Assembly: GCA_902597795.1 (NCBI GenBank)
Contig: CACJZA010000002.1
Span: forward strand, 51,732-115,731
DNA: 64,000 nucleotides
Direction of reading: 5' to 3'
DNA from: an uncultured Alphaproteobacteria bacterium
Lineage (GTDB): Bacteria > Pseudomonadota > Alphaproteobacteria > HIMB59 > GCA-002718135
Positions within the stretch are counted from its first letter, which is position 1. Each line of letters begins with the position of its first letter. Positions 22,136 through 33,658 of this stretch are shown here, one piece after another. The notes under the pieces were generated by a model, which saw only the letters and a list, made by a program, of their open reading frames with translations, was not told the origin of the DNA and searched no databases. Position numbers and translations under genes: made by a program.

Positions 22136-23363
22136 TCAAATGATTTAATATTTGATTTAGCTTTAATTCTTTTTGTTCACCAGTTGTTAAATTTTTAATA
22201 GTAAAAAAATCGCCATTAAACTCATTTTCTCCAATAATAATTATATATGATGCTGAAGATGTATTTGCTTTTGTAAATGATTTTTTTAAATTGTATTTAT
22301 AATTCCAGTAATATGAAATTCTATTTTCAGATAAATATTTTTGTAGATAAAGAAAATAATCAGTAAATTTTTCATTTGTTACTGCAATATGAATAGTTGA
22401 GCTTATTTTTTTTTCGGACTCCATTAATAATGCAATTCTTTCAATACCTGCAGCCCACCCAATACCCGGTATATCAGGACCACCTAATACTTTTATTAAA
22501 CCATCATATCTTCCACCACCTAGTAATGTATCTTGACTTCCTAAATTATCTGATTTGTATTCGAATACTGTATTACAATAATAATCAAGACCTCTAACGA
22601 GATTGGTGTTTTCTTCAAAATCAATTTCAAGTATATTTAATGATCTTTTAATATCTTCGTAGTGCTTTTTAGCCTCATCGGTTAAGTATTCATTTATTTT
22701 TGGTGAAGATATTGAAATTTCAACATCTTCCTCGTTTTTTGAATCTAATATTCTTAATGGGTTAGTTTCAATTTTTTTAATGCTTTCTTCTGACAGTTTT
22801 TTTTTATTGATTTTAAAGTATTTTGTAAGACTTTTTTTAAAATCAATTAAAGTTTTTTTATCTCCTAATGAATTAATATGAAGTTTTATTTTAGATTTAG
22901 GTAGCAGTTCGTTTAAAATATTATTTGACAGAGAAATTAACTCAACATCTGCAAGAAAATCTCTAGTTCCAAGTATTTCAAAATTAATTTGATTAAATTG
23001 TCTATATCTACCCTTTTGTGGCCTTTCTCTTCTAAACATTGGTCCAATTCCAAAAATTTTTAAAGGAAGATCGCTTAAGAGATTATTAGTAATAGCCGCT
23101 CTAATCATGGGCGTTGTGTACTCAGGGCGAAGTGTTAAAAATTCATTATTCCTATCTTCAAATGAATACATTTCTTTCAAAACAACATCTGAATGTTCGC
23201 CAAGAGGTTTTGCAAATAAATCACTAAATTCAAAAATTGGTGTTTGGATTTCTTTATATTCTTTTAAATTAGCGTTTTTAGAAACAATATTAGAAATAAA
23301 GTTAAATTTATCTATTTCTTCTCCAAATATATCATGTGTGCCTCTTACTGATCTTAATTTCAT
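22119..23363 (-). CDS. hisS: Histidine--tRNA ligase
   Basis: [37 protein letters not shown] and GGGRYDGL class IIa HisRS motifs. Confidence 0.92.
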   Translation of the reverse strand: MKLRSVRGTHDIFGEEIDKFNFISNIVSKNANLKEYKEIQTPIFEFSDLFAKPLGEHSDVVLKEMYSFEDRNNEFLTLRPEYTTPMIRAAITNNLLSDLPLKIFGIGPMFRRERPQKGRYRQFNQINFEILGTRDFLADVELISLSNNILNELLPKSKIKLHINSLGDKKTLIDFKKSLTKYFKINKKKLSEESIKKIETNPLRILDSKNEEDVEISISSPKINEYLTDEAKKHYEDIKRSLNILEIDFEENTNLVRGLDYYCNTVFEYKSDNLGSQDTLLGGGRYDGLIKVLGGPDIPGIGWAAGIERIALLMESEKKISSTIHIAVTNEKFTDYFLYLQKYLSENRISYYWNYKYNLKKSFTKANTSSASYIIIIGENEFNGDFFTIKNLTTGEQKELKLNQILNHLNDKSR

Positions 23364-23364
23364 A

Positions 23365-24462
23365 TTAATTACTAAGTTCTATTTCTTTAGTTTTTTTTCT
23401 AATTAGATCTTCGAGATAATTTTCTAAATCAACATTTTTTACAACATTATTTTTTTTACCATCAAGATAAATCATATGTGTATCATTTCCACCGCCAGTT
23501 ATTCCAATATTTGTCATAGTTGCTTCACCTGGTCCATTCACAACACATCCAATTATTGACACTGTTATAGGCGTGGAAATATCATCTAATTTTTTTTCTA
23601 AATTTTTAACAGTTTTTATTACTTCAAATTGTTGTCTAGCACATGAAGGGCATGATATAATTTTTACACCTCTATTCCTTAATCCTAAGCTTTTTAAAAT
23701 TTCAAAACCAACTCTTACCTCTTCCTCAGGCTCATCTGATAATGATATTCTAATTGTATCTCCTATTCCTCTCAAAAGTAAATTTCCAACTCCAATTGAA
23801 GATTTAATTGAGCCTGTTCTTTTTCCTCCTGCTTCTGTAATACCTAAATGCAATGGATAATCACATAATTCAGCTAATTGTTCATATGCCTTTATGGACA
23901 TAAATATATCTGAAGATTTCACACTGATTTTGAAATTGGTAAAATCATTATCTTCAAGTATCTTTATATTTAATTTAGCACTTTCAACTAAGGCTTCTGG
24001 ATTAGGTTCAGAAAATTTTTCTAAAATTTGTTTTTCTAAACTTCCTGCATTAACACCAACTCTAATTGAGCAATTATTATCTTTTGCAGCTTTAATAACT
24101 TCTTTTATTCTTTCAATACTCCCAATGTTACCAGGATTAATTCTAATACAAGAAGCACCATTGTTTGCTGCTTCAATACCTCTTTTGTAATGAAAATGTA
24201 TATCAGCAATTATAGGTACAGGACTATGTTTCACAATTTCTTTTAAAGAATGTGAAGATTCTTTATCTGGAACAGAAACGCGAACTAAATCAACTCCAAG
24301 TTTTGCTGATCTTTCTATTTGAGCAATAGTATCTTTGGCATTAGAAGTCAGAGTATTTGTCATTGTTTGAACTGCAATTTGATAATTGCCTCCAATGCTA
24401 ACATTTCCAACTTTAATAACGCGCGACTTTCTTCTATTAATTTGTTGATACGGTCTAAGCAT
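23365..24462 (-). CDS. ispG: 4-hydroxy-3-methylbut-2-enyl diphosphate synthase
   Basis: [38 protein letters not shown], and SCPSCAR...GCVVNGPGE cluster ligands. Confidence 0.93.
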   Translation of the reverse strand: MLRPYQQINRRKSRVIKVGNVSIGGNYQIAVQTMTNTLTSNAKDTIAQIERSAKLGVDLVRVSVPDKESSHSLKEIVKHSPVPIIADIHFHYKRGIEAANNGASCIRINPGNIGSIERIKEVIKAAKDNNCSIRVGVNAGSLEKQILEKFSEPNPEALVESAKLNIKILEDNDFTNFKISVKSSDIFMSIKAYEQLAELCDYPLHLGITEAGGKRTGSIKSSIGVGNLLLRGIGDTIRISLSDEPEEEVRVGFEILKSLGLRNRGVKIISCPSCARQQFEVIKTVKNLEKKLDDISTPITVSIIGCVVNGPGEATMTNIGITGGGNDTHMIYLDGKKNNVVKNVDLENYLEDLIRKKTKEIELSN

Positions 24463-24466
24463 CTAT

Positions 24467-25252
24467 TTAGTTTGTAAAATCTTTATATAAAACAAAAGAA
24501 TCTAAAATATCACCGTATTTACCTATCTTTCCTCTTACTTCATCATCTATAAGAACTAAAATATTCCCTGCATTTCCTGCAGTAATATTGTAATTCAATT
24601 TTAATTCATATGAAAATTCTTCATCTTTATCCATTAACTTACTTAAAACAATATTATTCTCTTCATCTCTTAATTGAAGCCAAGTTGGATTTAATATTTT
24701 TAATGTAGCAACTGTAGTCAAACTTTCATCAAATTCTATTGATGCTATAGCGCTAGCATTATTTATCAAATCACTATTTTTAATATCACTATTTTGAGAT
24801 AAATTATCAAAAGTATTAGCTTTTTCAACTATAGGTTCTAAACTTTCAGGTATATCTGGAATTAAAGCAAAGTTAATTTCATTATTATCTTGATCAACGA
24901 ATAAAAAGTAAAATGAAGTAAATACAACTAATATTATAGAAGCAGCAAAAAATTTTTCTATTTTAAAAAAATTGTTTTCTACTATTGGGGTAATATTCTT
25001 TTTCTCTTCCTTAATATTAAATGATACTTGATCTTTAAATTGTTTGATAATTGTGTCAGTATCTAACTCAAGAAAGTTTAAATAAGATCTTAGATGTCCA
25101 ATATTAAAAATAATATCTGGATCATTTTTTATATTATCATTTTCAAGATCAATAATGATATTTTTAGAAATTTTTAACTCTGTTGAAATATCACTAATAG
25201 AGAGATTTTTGGAGTTTCTTGTAATTAATAAAATTTTACCTACTGTATTCAT
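24467..25252 (-). CDS. RodZ-like HTH/transmembrane protein
   Basis: N-terminal XRE-type HTH (LSISDISTELKISKNIIIDLEN), one TM segment (FFAASIILVVFTSFYFLFV) and a C-terminal beta-rich domain. Conserved position next to ispG-hisS. Confidence 0.6.
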   Translation of the reverse strand: MNTVGKILLITRNSKNLSISDISTELKISKNIIIDLENDNIKNDPDIIFNIGHLRSYLNFLELDTDTIIKQFKDQVSFNIKEEKKNITPIVENNFFKIEKFFAASIILVVFTSFYFLFVDQDNNEINFALIPDIPESLEPIVEKANTFDNLSQNSDIKNSDLINNASAIASIEFDESLTTVATLKILNPTWLQLRDEENNIVLSKLMDKDEEFSYELKLNYNITAGNAGNILVLIDDEVRGKIGKYGDILDSFVLYKDFTN

Positions 25253-26464
25253 TTAATTTCCTAGATTATATGCCTCATGTAGAGATTTTACAGCTATTTT
25301 TGTAAATTTTTTATTAATTAAGACACTTATCTTTATTTCTGATGTAGAGATAGCTAATATATTAATGGAATTATCAGCTAAAGTTGTAAACATTTTCTTT
25401 GCTACTCCAGATTGAGACATCATCCCCATACCAATTACTGAAATTTTGGAAATATTACTATCGGTTTCAATAGATTTAAAATTTATTAAATTTTGATTTT
25501 GTTCTAATATTTTTTTTGCATTATGAATTTCACTATTTGGAACAGTAAAGGTGATATTTGCAGTTACACCATCTTGTGATGTATTTTGAACAATCATATC
25601 TACGTTAATATTATTATTAGCTAACAATCCAAAAATTGTTGCGGATATACCAGGTTTATCAGCAATACCAGATAAAGTTAGTTTTGATTCATTATTACTG
25701 AAGCTCACTCCGCTTACAATTTCTTTTTCAATTAATTTATTTTCATCTACAACAAGAGTACCACTTTGTTTTGTTATTGAAGAAAGCACTTGTAATGTAA
25801 GATTATTTTTCATCGCTAATTCAACTGAGCGAGTATGAAGTACTTTTGCTCCAGTAGACGACATTTCTAACATTTCTTCGAATGCTAATTGATTAATTTT
25901 TTTAGCTTTGGGTTCCAGATTTGGATCAGTTGAATAAACACCATCAACATCTGTGTAAATATCACATCTATCAGCATCAACAGCAGCGGCAACAGCAACA
26001 GCGGTTGTATCAGAACCACCCCTTCCTAATGATGTAATCTTTCCATCTATATCGATACCTTGGAATCCAGCAACTACTAAAACATCATAATCATTTAAAT
26101 ATTTATCAATTCTAACTTTATCTATGTTTAAGATTTTAGCTTTTTGATGGTTACTGTCTGTTATAATTGGAATTTGCCATCCAAGTAATGGAATAGATTT
26201 AATATTTCTTTTTTTTAAAATAGCCGAAAGAAGTCCAACTGAAACAGCTTCACCAGATGTTAAAATTAAATCATTTTCAATAATCTCATTTGAATCAATT
26301 TCATCTATATATTCTTGCATTTTATTTGTAACGCCTGACATTGCGGATAAAACAACAATTAGTTTTTTGTCATTTAGTTGCTTTTCAACAATGTTTGCAA
26401 CATTATTGATTTTATCTATACTACCAACTGAGGTACCACCAAATTTCATTACTATAAGTTTCAT
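25253..26464 (-). CDS. lysC: Aspartate kinase
   Basis: VMKFGGTSVGS, LGRGGSDTTAVA..A, and C-terminal tandem ACT domains. Confidence 0.92.
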   Translation of the reverse strand: MKLIVMKFGGTSVGSIDKINNVANIVEKQLNDKKLIVVLSAMSGVTNKMQEYIDEIDSNEIIENDLILTSGEAVSVGLLSAILKKRNIKSIPLLGWQIPIITDSNHQKAKILNIDKVRIDKYLNDYDVLVVAGFQGIDIDGKITSLGRGGSDTTAVAVAAAVDADRCDIYTDVDGVYSTDPNLEPKAKKINQLAFEEMLEMSSTGAKVLHTRSVELAMKNNLTLQVLSSITKQSGTLVVDENKLIEKEIVSGVSFSNNESKLTLSGIADKPGISATIFGLLANNNINVDMIVQNTSQDGVTANITFTVPNSEIHNAKKILEQNQNLINFKSIETDSNISKISVIGMGMMSQSGVAKKMFTTLADNSINILAISTSEIKISVLINKKFTKIAVKSLHEAYNLGN

Positions 26465-26527
26465 TGACTTAAATATTTTTTAAATTATTTCAGCTATTAT
26501 AATTATTGTTTCTAACAAACAAGTTTT

Positions 26528-27235
26528 ATGATGAATATAAAATCAAAAAATGAAGAATTTACCTTGTTTAATCAACTTTCAGAAGAATGGTGGAATGAAA
26601 ACGGAAAATTTAAGGTTCTTCATCAAATCAAGAGTCATAGAATGACTTATATACTAGATCAAATTAGAAATAGGGACATTAAAAATTTAAAAATACTCGA
26701 CGTAGGTTGTGGTGGAGGAATAATTTGTGAGCCACTGGCGAGATTAGGTGCAAAAGTTACAGGAATAGATTTTGCTCCAAACAATATCAGTGCTGCTAAA
26801 ATACATTCCAAAAAAAATAAACTTAAAATTAATTATATTCATAAAGATGTTGAAAAATCAAAATTAGATGGAAAATTTGATTTAATACTAATGTTTGAAG
26901 TTTTAGAACATTTAGATAATTGGAAAAAAACTATTAAAAAGATTAAAAAAAATTTAAATAAAAATGGTATAATTATAATTTCCACAATTAATAGAAACTC
27001 ACTTTCTAAATTATTTGCAATTAGTATTGCTGAAAATATTCTGAGATGGATACCTAAAGGCACTCATGATTATTATAAATTAATTAAACCTGAAGAATTA
27101 AAAAAAACTTTAACGCGAGAAAATTTTCATTTTAAAAATATTAAAGGTCTTATTTTTGATCCATTAAGCGGGGAATGGAAATTATCAAAAAATTATATGA
27201 TAAATTATTTTTGTACTGCTAGTTTAATTAATTAG
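26528..27235 (+). CDS. ubiG: Ubiquinone biosynthesis O-methyltransferase
   Basis: F..L...WW...G.FK.LH..N..R pattern (FNQLSEEWWNENGKFKVLHQI), ILDVGCGGGI SAM motif, and MFEVLEHL. Confidence 0.85.
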   Translation: MMNIKSKNEEFTLFNQLSEEWWNENGKFKVLHQIKSHRMTYILDQIRNRDIKNLKILDVGCGGGIICEPLARLGAKVTGIDFAPNNISAAKIHSKKNKLKINYIHKDVEKSKLDGKFDLILMFEVLEHLDNWKKTIKKIKKNLNKNGIIIISTINRNSLSKLFAISIAENILRWIPKGTHDYYKLIKPEELKKTLTRENFHFKNIKGLIFDPLSGEWKLSKNYMINYFCTASLIN

Positions 27236-27641
27236 TTTTTTTTGTTGAAAAAGGCAATGGTAGTACATCGATATCTTCATCTATTAATTCTTTAGTTTGC
27301 TCTATAGAAGCTTCGCCATATATTGCACGTTCCTTAGCTTCACCATATTTAATTTTCTTTGCTTCCTCGGTGAATTTATCACCAACATAATCAAATTCTT
27401 TTTCTATAATCTTTTTTAGCTTCTTAACATTTGAAGCAATTGATTTACCCCTTTTAGATATTTTTGAATTTGATTTTTTTGAGACATTTGGAGCCATTAA
27501 ACCTTTTTTTATTTGTGTACTATTACAGGAAGGACAAGTGAGTAAACCTTTTTTAATTTGCTTATTGTAGTCTTTCGTATTTTCGAACCATCCTTCAAAA
27601 GAAGAGGCACAATCAGAACAATTAAGATTAAATACGATCAT
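27228..27641 (-). CDS. DUF1178-like zinc-ribbon protein
   Basis: MIVFNLNCSDCASSFEGWFENTKDY...LLTCPSCNS matches the DUF1178 N-terminal pattern from memory. Confidence 0.62.
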   Translation of the reverse strand: MIVFNLNCSDCASSFEGWFENTKDYNKQIKKGLLTCPSCNSTQIKKGLMAPNVSKKSNSKISKRGKSIASNVKKLKKIIEKEFDYVGDKFTEEAKKIKYGEAKERAIYGEASIEQTKELIDEDIDVLPLPFSTKKTN

Positions 27642-27646
27642 ATATC

Positions 27647-28129
27647 TTATATTGTTTCATCTGGTTTTTTTTCAATATCAAAATCCACATCATCAGTTTC
27701 TAATTGAATAATTAGTGAATTTTTTGGAAAATTAAAATTACATACCGTTCCCTTTGACAATGTTAGACCCATAAAAGGTTTTAAGCTAATATTGATATAT
27801 TTTTGAGTATTTTGATTTAAAATATCAATTTTTACAAGCTCTTTAAGAATAATAAGTAGAAAATTTTTTTTCAGTTCAAATTTCAATAATGATTTGGGGG
27901 TTTGGTAAAGGGATAATTTAAAAAAAAGATTTTTTTCAAGAACATTTATTTTTTCTTCTAAATTAATATCGGAATTTTGTATTACTAGATTTTTTAAAGA
28001 AATTTGATCTTGTCTGTTTAAAATTTTTTCTTTTAATATTTCTAAAAAAGTAGTTCCATAGATTTTTTTATTAATATTTTCAGTTTCTTCTTTTATAATT
28101 GCAACTATCTCTTTAAGAATAATATCCAT
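27647..28129 (-). CDS. Hypothetical protein
   Basis: 160-aa ORF filling an otherwise gene-tight interval, on the same strand as DUF1178 with a 5-nt gap. I recognise no motif. Confidence 0.45.
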   Translation of the reverse strand: MDIILKEIVAIIKEETENINKKIYGTTFLEILKEKILNRQDQISLKNLVIQNSDINLEEKINVLEKNLFFKLSLYQTPKSLLKFELKKNFLLIILKELVKIDILNQNTQKYINISLKPFMGLTLSKGTVCNFNFPKNSLIIQLETDDVDFDIEKKPDETI

Positions 28130-28155
28130 AATTACTTTTTATACTTTATAAAAAA

Positions 28156-28932
28156 ATGATAAACAAAAAATACCTTAAACTATTAAGAACTAAAGATAGA
28201 AAATATGGAGAAAACTTTATATATAATGAAATAAGTAAAAATATAATTGATTCCCTAGATATTTTAAAGGTTCCTTTTAATAATATTTTAGAACTTGGGA
28301 TTAATGACAATTTGATTATTAATTATCTGAAAGAAAGGTTTCCTTCTTGTTCTATAACAAGTGCTGATATCGATTTGTCATTTTTTACTAAAAAGACAGA
28401 TCGACAATTAATAGAAATTGATTTGGACGATATACAAATTAAAGATAAAAAATTTGATTTAATTTATAGTAATTTTTTTTGTCAATTAACATCCAATTTT
28501 GAGAAATTGATAGAAAATATCTTTCAAAGTTTAAATTCCAATGGATTTTTTATAGCAACAATTCCAAGTGCTGAAAATATGTATCAGCTTATAAATTCAA
28601 TGTATGAAACAGATAATATTTTATACGGAGGGATGTATCAAAGAGTTAATCCAATTTTAGATACAAATGATATTTTTAAACTGCTTAAAGTGCTTAACTT
28701 TGATGCACCTTTAATAAATAATAATAACTTTACTATTGAATATTCAGTTTTTAAAAAACTACTTGATGACGTAAGATTTTTGAATTTGCCCTATGCAGGT
28801 AAAGATAAAAAAAATAATTTTGAGAATAAAAAATACTTTGTTCTTTTGGAGAAACAATTCAAAAAAAAGTATTATAAAGATAATTTTAATCTTGATATAA
28901 ATTTTAATACAATTTGTGCTTGGAAAAAATAA
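28156..28932 (+). CDS. Class I methyltransferase-like protein with degenerate SAM motif I
   Basis: The overall layout resembles BioC/UbiE-like methyltransferases (DLIYSNFFCQ, LNSNGFFIATIP). At motif I it reads ILELGINDNL instead of the G-x-G-x-G consensus. Confidence 0.5.
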   Translation: MINKKYLKLLRTKDRKYGENFIYNEISKNIIDSLDILKVPFNNILELGINDNLIINYLKERFPSCSITSADIDLSFFTKKTDRQLIEIDLDDIQIKDKKFDLIYSNFFCQLTSNFEKLIENIFQSLNSNGFFIATIPSAENMYQLINSMYETDNILYGGMYQRVNPILDTNDIFKLLKVLNFDAPLINNNNFTIEYSVFKKLLDDVRFLNLPYAGKDKKNNFENKKYFVLLEKQFKKKYYKDNFNLDINFNTICAWKK

Positions 28933-28934
28933 AA

Positions 28935-30185
28935 TTAAGATCTGTAATCAGCATTGATCTTTAAATATTCAAAGGTAAGATCATTGCCATGAACCGTGTG
29001 AAAATACTTACCCAAGTTTAATTTTACATTGATTTCTATAGTTTTATTTTTCATATAATTATTAAGTTTTCTAATATTTATTTTTTTACTAATAGAACCA
29101 TTTTCGCATACAACGTTGTTTCCAAACAAAACTATAATTTTATTTTGATTTATATTTTCTTCAGTTTTGCCAATTGCCATTATTACCCTACCCCAATTTG
29201 CATCTTCACCGGCTACAGCTGTTTTAACTAAAGGAGAATTCGCAATACTAAATGCAATTTTATTTGCTTGATTTTTTGATCTTGCATTCAAAACATTAAC
29301 TCTTATTAGCTTAGAAACACCCTCACCATCTTTAATTACCTGAAGAGATAAATCATGCATTAATTCATATATTTTATTATTTAATATTTTAAAATTTTTT
29401 TTATTTAAATTTATATTTTTATTACCAACAGAAAACATCATTAAAGTATCACTTGTTGATGTATCACTATCTACAGTTATTGAATTAAATGTGTTATCTA
29501 AATTATTTTTAAGGAGTCTGTTTATTAACTGTTTTGAAATTTCGCATTCTATAAAAATATATACCAACATAGTTCCCATATTTGGTTGTATCATTCCTGA
29601 TCCTTTTGCTATTCCGTAAATCTTAAATGATTGATTGTCTAAGTTAATATTTTTAATTGATACTTTTGGGAAAGTATCTGTTGTCATTATTGCCTTAGCG
29701 CTTTCTAGTAAACTATCTTTATTTTTAGAATTTATTTTTCTAAATTTATCTATAATTAGATTAGGATTAAATTTCTCACCAATTACACCAGTAGATGATA
29801 CTAATACTTCATTAGATTTACATTTAATTTTTTTTGTTAATGCTTTTACATACTTATCAATAATTTTGAGACCCTCTTTACCAGTATGTGCATTTGCATT
29901 ACCAGCATTCACAACTAAGGCTTTAGCTTTACCCTTGTTATTTTTTTTATCCCAAATTATTGGAGCTGAAGGTGTTGATGTTTTTGAATAAACACAACAT
30001 ACATTAACAATTTTATCAAAAATTATTAATAAAAGATCTTTATCTTTTTTTTTGAATCCAGCATTAAAAGTATAGATATTGAGGCCACTAGGATTAAAAT
30101 CTTTGATTTTTTTTGGTTTAAATATTGAAATCATTTTATTAGCATATTTTAGCCTAAATTCCTTTGTAGAAGAAATATTTTTCAT
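28935..30185 (-). CDS. argJ: Bifunctional glutamate N-acetyltransferase / amino-acid acetyltransferase
   Basis: [21 protein letters not shown] and [17 protein letters not shown] (autocleavage Thr region). Confidence 0.9.
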   Translation of the reverse strand: MKNISSTKEFRLKYANKMISIFKPKKIKDFNPSGLNIYTFNAGFKKKDKDLLLIIFDKIVNVCCVYSKTSTPSAPIIWDKKNNKGKAKALVVNAGNANAHTGKEGLKIIDKYVKALTKKIKCKSNEVLVSSTGVIGEKFNPNLIIDKFRKINSKNKDSLLESAKAIMTTDTFPKVSIKNINLDNQSFKIYGIAKGSGMIQPNMGTMLVYIFIECEISKQLINRLLKNNLDNTFNSITVDSDTSTSDTLMMFSVGNKNINLNKKNFKILNNKIYELMHDLSLQVIKDGEGVSKLIRVNVLNARSKNQANKIAFSIANSPLVKTAVAGEDANWGRVIMAIGKTEENINQNKIIVLFGNNVVCENGSISKKINIRKLNNYMKNKTIEINVKLNLGKYFHTVHGNDLTFEYLKINADYRS

Positions 30186-30209
30186 ATATTAACTTCCATC
30201 TATCATAAC

Positions 30210-32723
30210 ATGATTAATATAATTAATAAATTATTTGGTTCTATAAAATCTAATTCACTTAAAAAATATGCAAGTTTTGTAGAAAAAGTTAATAAACTAG
30301 AAGAAGAAATTTCTAAACTTTCAGATAAGGAATTAAAAAATAAAACTGATTATTTTAGAAATGAATTTAAAGAAACAGGATCAATAAATAAATTATTACC
30401 AGAAATATTTGCGGTAGTAAGAGAAACATCAAAAAGAACATTAAATATGAGACACTATGATGTTCAGATAATAGGTGGAATGGTTTTATATGAAAAAAAG
30501 ATAACTGAAATGAAAACTGGAGAAGGAAAAACCTTAGTCGCTACTCTAGCTGCTTACGCAAATTCTATAGAAAACTTATCCGTACACATTATTACAGTTA
30601 ATGATTATCTTGCAAAAAGAGATGCCGAATGGATGGGGAATATATATAATTTTCTTGGTCTTAGTGTAGGGTGTGTAACTGCTGAAACATCACATGAAGA
30701 TAGACCTAACCAGTATGATGCAGATATTGTTTACGCAACAAATAATGAAATAGGATTTGATTATTTAAGAGATAATCTCAAAAACGATTACAATAACTTA
30801 TGTTTTAAAAAAAATGCATTTGCCATAGTTGATGAAGTAGATAGCATTTTAATCGATGAAGCCAGAACACCCCTTGTAATATCTGCAGAATCAAATTCCA
30901 ATACTGATTTATTTCCTAAAATTGATAAAATTGTAAAAATTCTTAGAGAAAATGATTATGAAATAAATGAAGAAAGTAAAAGTATTTTACTTACTACAGA
31001 GGGAATGGAATTTTGTGAAAAATTATTGAAAGAAAATGGAATGATTAAAGACGGTACGCTTCAAGATTTAGATAATATGGTTTTGAACCATAATATTATT
31101 CAGGCTCTAAGAGCACGCCATTTATTTATAAAAGATAAAGATTACATTATTAAAGATAGAAATGTAGTTATTATTGATGAATTAACTGGAAGAGCCATGG
31201 ACGGTAGAAGATATGGTGATGGATTACATCAAGCTATAGAAGCAAAAGAAAACTTAATAATTCAAAAAGAAAATCAAACTATTGCCTCTGTAACATATCA
31301 AAACTTTTTTAGAACTTATTATCGTCTAAGTGGAATGACAGGTACTGCAGCAACAGAAGCAAAAGAATTTGAAAGTATATATAATTTAGAGGTTATTGAA
31401 ATTCCGCCAAATATAAAAGTAAACCGTGTAGATAAAAATGATCAAATTTATATGACAAAAAGAGAAAAATATGATGCTGTATTAGATCTTGTTAAGTCGC
31501 GAAATAATATCAATCAACCAATCCTTATTGGAACAACATCTGTAGAAAATTCTATAAAAATTTCAAGTTTGTTAAAAAAAGAAAATTTAAAACACAACAT
31601 TTTAAATGCTAAAAATCATATGAGTGAGGCTAAAATTATAGAAGAAGCGGGTATGCCGGGAAATATTACCATTTCAACAAATATGGCTGGGAGAGGAACT
31701 GATATTAAATTGGGAAATGGAGATGATAATTTAAAAAATAAAGCAATTGACTCAGGTGGATTACTTGTAATTGGTACAGAAAGACATGAAAGTAGAAGAA
31801 TAGATAATCAATTAAGAGGTAGATCAGGTAGACAAGGAGATATTGGTGAGAGCATATTTTTTTTATCATTAGAAGATGATCTTATGAGAATATTTGGATC
31901 GAAAACTCTTGAAAATGTTTTATCGAAATTAGGTCTTAAAGATGGTGAAGTGATTACTCATTCTATGATTACTAAATCTTTAGAAAGAGCTCAACAAAAA
32001 GTTGAGAGTCATAATTTTGATATGAGAAAACAAATTTTAAAATTTGACGATATATTAAATGATCAAAGAAAAATTATTTATCAAAATAGAAAAGAAATTC
32101 TAAACACCAATGATCAAACTAAAATCATTGAAGATATGATTTTTGATTATATAAATTATTTAATTGAATTAACTATTCCACCAAAAAAATACTCTCATGA
32201 ATGGGATGGAAATTTGTTGAAGGAAAAAGTCAAAGATACTTTTTCCATAGATTTACCAATAACAAAATGGTTTGATGAAGAAGGTGTAGATGATGAAGAG
32301 ATTAAAAAAAGATTACTTGATGAAGTTAATCAAAAATATAAAGAAAAACAATATCAATACTCATCTGAATTATTCAAATTTGCAGAAAAAAGAGTAATGT
32401 TATTTCAAATAGACAAAGATTGGAAAGATCACTTAGCCGCAATGGATTCTTTACGTGGTAGTGTTAACTTAAGAGCTATGGGTGGAAAAGATCCATTTTA
32501 TGAGTATAAAAAAGAATCATTTGATTATTTTGATGAAATGCTTTCAAACCAAAACGAAAGAGTTTTAAGAACTTTATTTAATATTAAGCTTGTCAGTAAT
32601 AATAATAAAACTGCGAAAGAGCAGACTACAGAGCCACGAAGAGTAATTACAAAAAAAATAGGAAGAAACGAGCCTTGTCCATGCGGTTCAGGAAAAAAAT
32701 ATAAGCAATGCCATGGTAATTAA
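30210..32723 (+). CDS. secA: Preprotein translocase ATPase SecA
   Basis: [13 protein letters not shown] Walker [23 protein letters not shown] box, [13 protein letters not shown], and the C-terminal zinc motif [14 protein letters not shown]. Confidence 0.95.
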   Translation: MINIINKLFGSIKSNSLKKYASFVEKVNKLEEEISKLSDKELKNKTDYFRNEFKETGSINKLLPEIFAVVRETSKRTLNMRHYDVQIIGGMVLYEKKITEMKTGEGKTLVATLAAYANSIENLSVHIITVNDYLAKRDAEWMGNIYNFLGLSVGCVTAETSHEDRPNQYDADIVYATNNEIGFDYLRDNLKNDYNNLCFKKNAFAIVDEVDSILIDEARTPLVISAESNSNTDLFPKIDKIVKILRENDYEINEESKSILLTTEGMEFCEKLLKENGMIKDGTLQDLDNMVLNHNIIQALRARHLFIKDKDYIIKDRNVVIIDELTGRAMDGRRYGDGLHQAIEAKENLIIQKENQTIASVTYQNFFRTYYRLSGMTGTAATEAKEFESIYNLEVIEIPPNIKVNRVDKNDQIYMTKREKYDAVLDLVKSRNNINQPILIGTTSVENSIKISSLLKKENLKHNILNAKNHMSEAKIIEEAGMPGNITISTNMAGRGTDIKLGNGDDNLKNKAIDSGGLLVIGTERHESRRIDNQLRGRSGRQGDIGESIFFLSLEDDLMRIFGSKTLENVLSKLGLKDGEVITHSMITKSLERAQQKVESHNFDMRKQILKFDDILNDQRKIIYQNRKEILNTNDQTKIIEDMIFDYINYLIELTIPPKKYSHEWDGNLLKEKVKDTFSIDLPITKWFDEEGVDDEEIKKRLLDEVNQKYKEKQYQYSSELFKFAEKRVMLFQIDKDWKDHLAAMDSLRGSVNLRAMGGKDPFYEYKKESFDYFDEMLSNQNERVLRTLFNIKLVSNNNKTAKEQTTEPRRVITKKIGRNEPCPCGSGKKYKQCHGN

Positions 32724-33658
32724 ATATCAGAAGTGATATTTAAATATTTCTTCTTTCTAATTTGAACCAATTCTTTTATTGAAACTTGTTTGAGATCTTT
32801 AATTAGACTAATAATTTTTGCCTTTAATAATTCAGCTTGTTTTAAAGGATGTCTATGCGCTCCTCCATATGGCTCTGGAATTATCTCATCTATAATTTTA
32901 AAATTTTTACAATCAGCTGATGTTAGTTTTAAAGTTTTGGCTGCTTCTTGTGAAAATTCAGTATTTCTCCATAAAATAGAAGCGCACCCTTCAGGAGAAA
33001 TAACTGAATAAATTGAATGTTCTAACATTAAAACTCTATCTGAAGTAGCAATTCCAATTGCACCACCTGATCCACCCTCACCTATAATTATTGATATTGT
33101 TGGAATCTTTGATTTTAAAAAATGCATTATTGATGATGCTATAGACTCTGATTGCCCTCTTTCCTCAGCATCTTTTCCGGGGAATGCACCTGCTGTATCA
33201 ACAAATGAAATCAAAGGTAATTTAAATTTTTCAGCTAATTTTATTAATCTTTGAACTTTTCTATATCCTTCAGGTTTGGCCATACCAAAATTATGCTTAA
33301 TTCTTGTTTCCATAGTATTACCTTTTTCTGTCCCTACAAAAAAAACAGAATTGCCATCTATTTTTGCTAATCCTCCAACTATTGCATTATCATCAGCATA
33401 TTTTTTATCTCCATGCAAAAGAATAGTATCACTGAATATATTTTTTACATAATCCAGAGTATGAGGTCTTTCACCATGTCGAGAAACTTGAACTTTTTGC
33501 CAGGGATCTAAATTTGAATAAATTTTTTTATATAATTCATCTCGTTTTTTACTAAGTTTTTTTATCTTTTCTAAATTTAATTCTTTATTGTTATTCAATT
33601 GACCTAAAATGTTTTCAATTTTTTCTATTTCATTTTCAAATTCAAAATATTTGATCAT
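32720..33658 (-). CDS. accA: Acetyl-CoA carboxylase carboxyltransferase alpha subunit
   Basis: [54 protein letters not shown]. Confidence 0.93.
   Translation of the reverse strand: MIKYFEFENEIEKIENILGQLNNNKELNLEKIKKLSKKRDELYKKIYSNLDPWQKVQVSRHGERPHTLDYVKNIFSDTILLHGDKKYADDNAIVGGLAKIDGNSVFFVGTEKGNTMETRIKHNFGMAKPEGYRKVQRLIKLAEKFKLPLISFVDTAGAFPGKDAEERGQSESIASSIMHFLKSKIPTISIIIGEGGSGGAIGIATSDRVLMLEHSIYSVISPEGCASILWRNTEFSQEAAKTLKLTSADCKNFKIIDEIIPEPYGGAHRHPLKQAELLKAKIISLIKDLKQVSIKELVQIRKKKYLNITSDI

Noticed and set aside
23107-24190. Three plus-strand ORFs of 95-99 aa (23107-23406, 23573-23860, 23894-24190)
   Set aside because: They are antisense to hisS and ispG, with low-complexity translations. 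Shadow ORFs.
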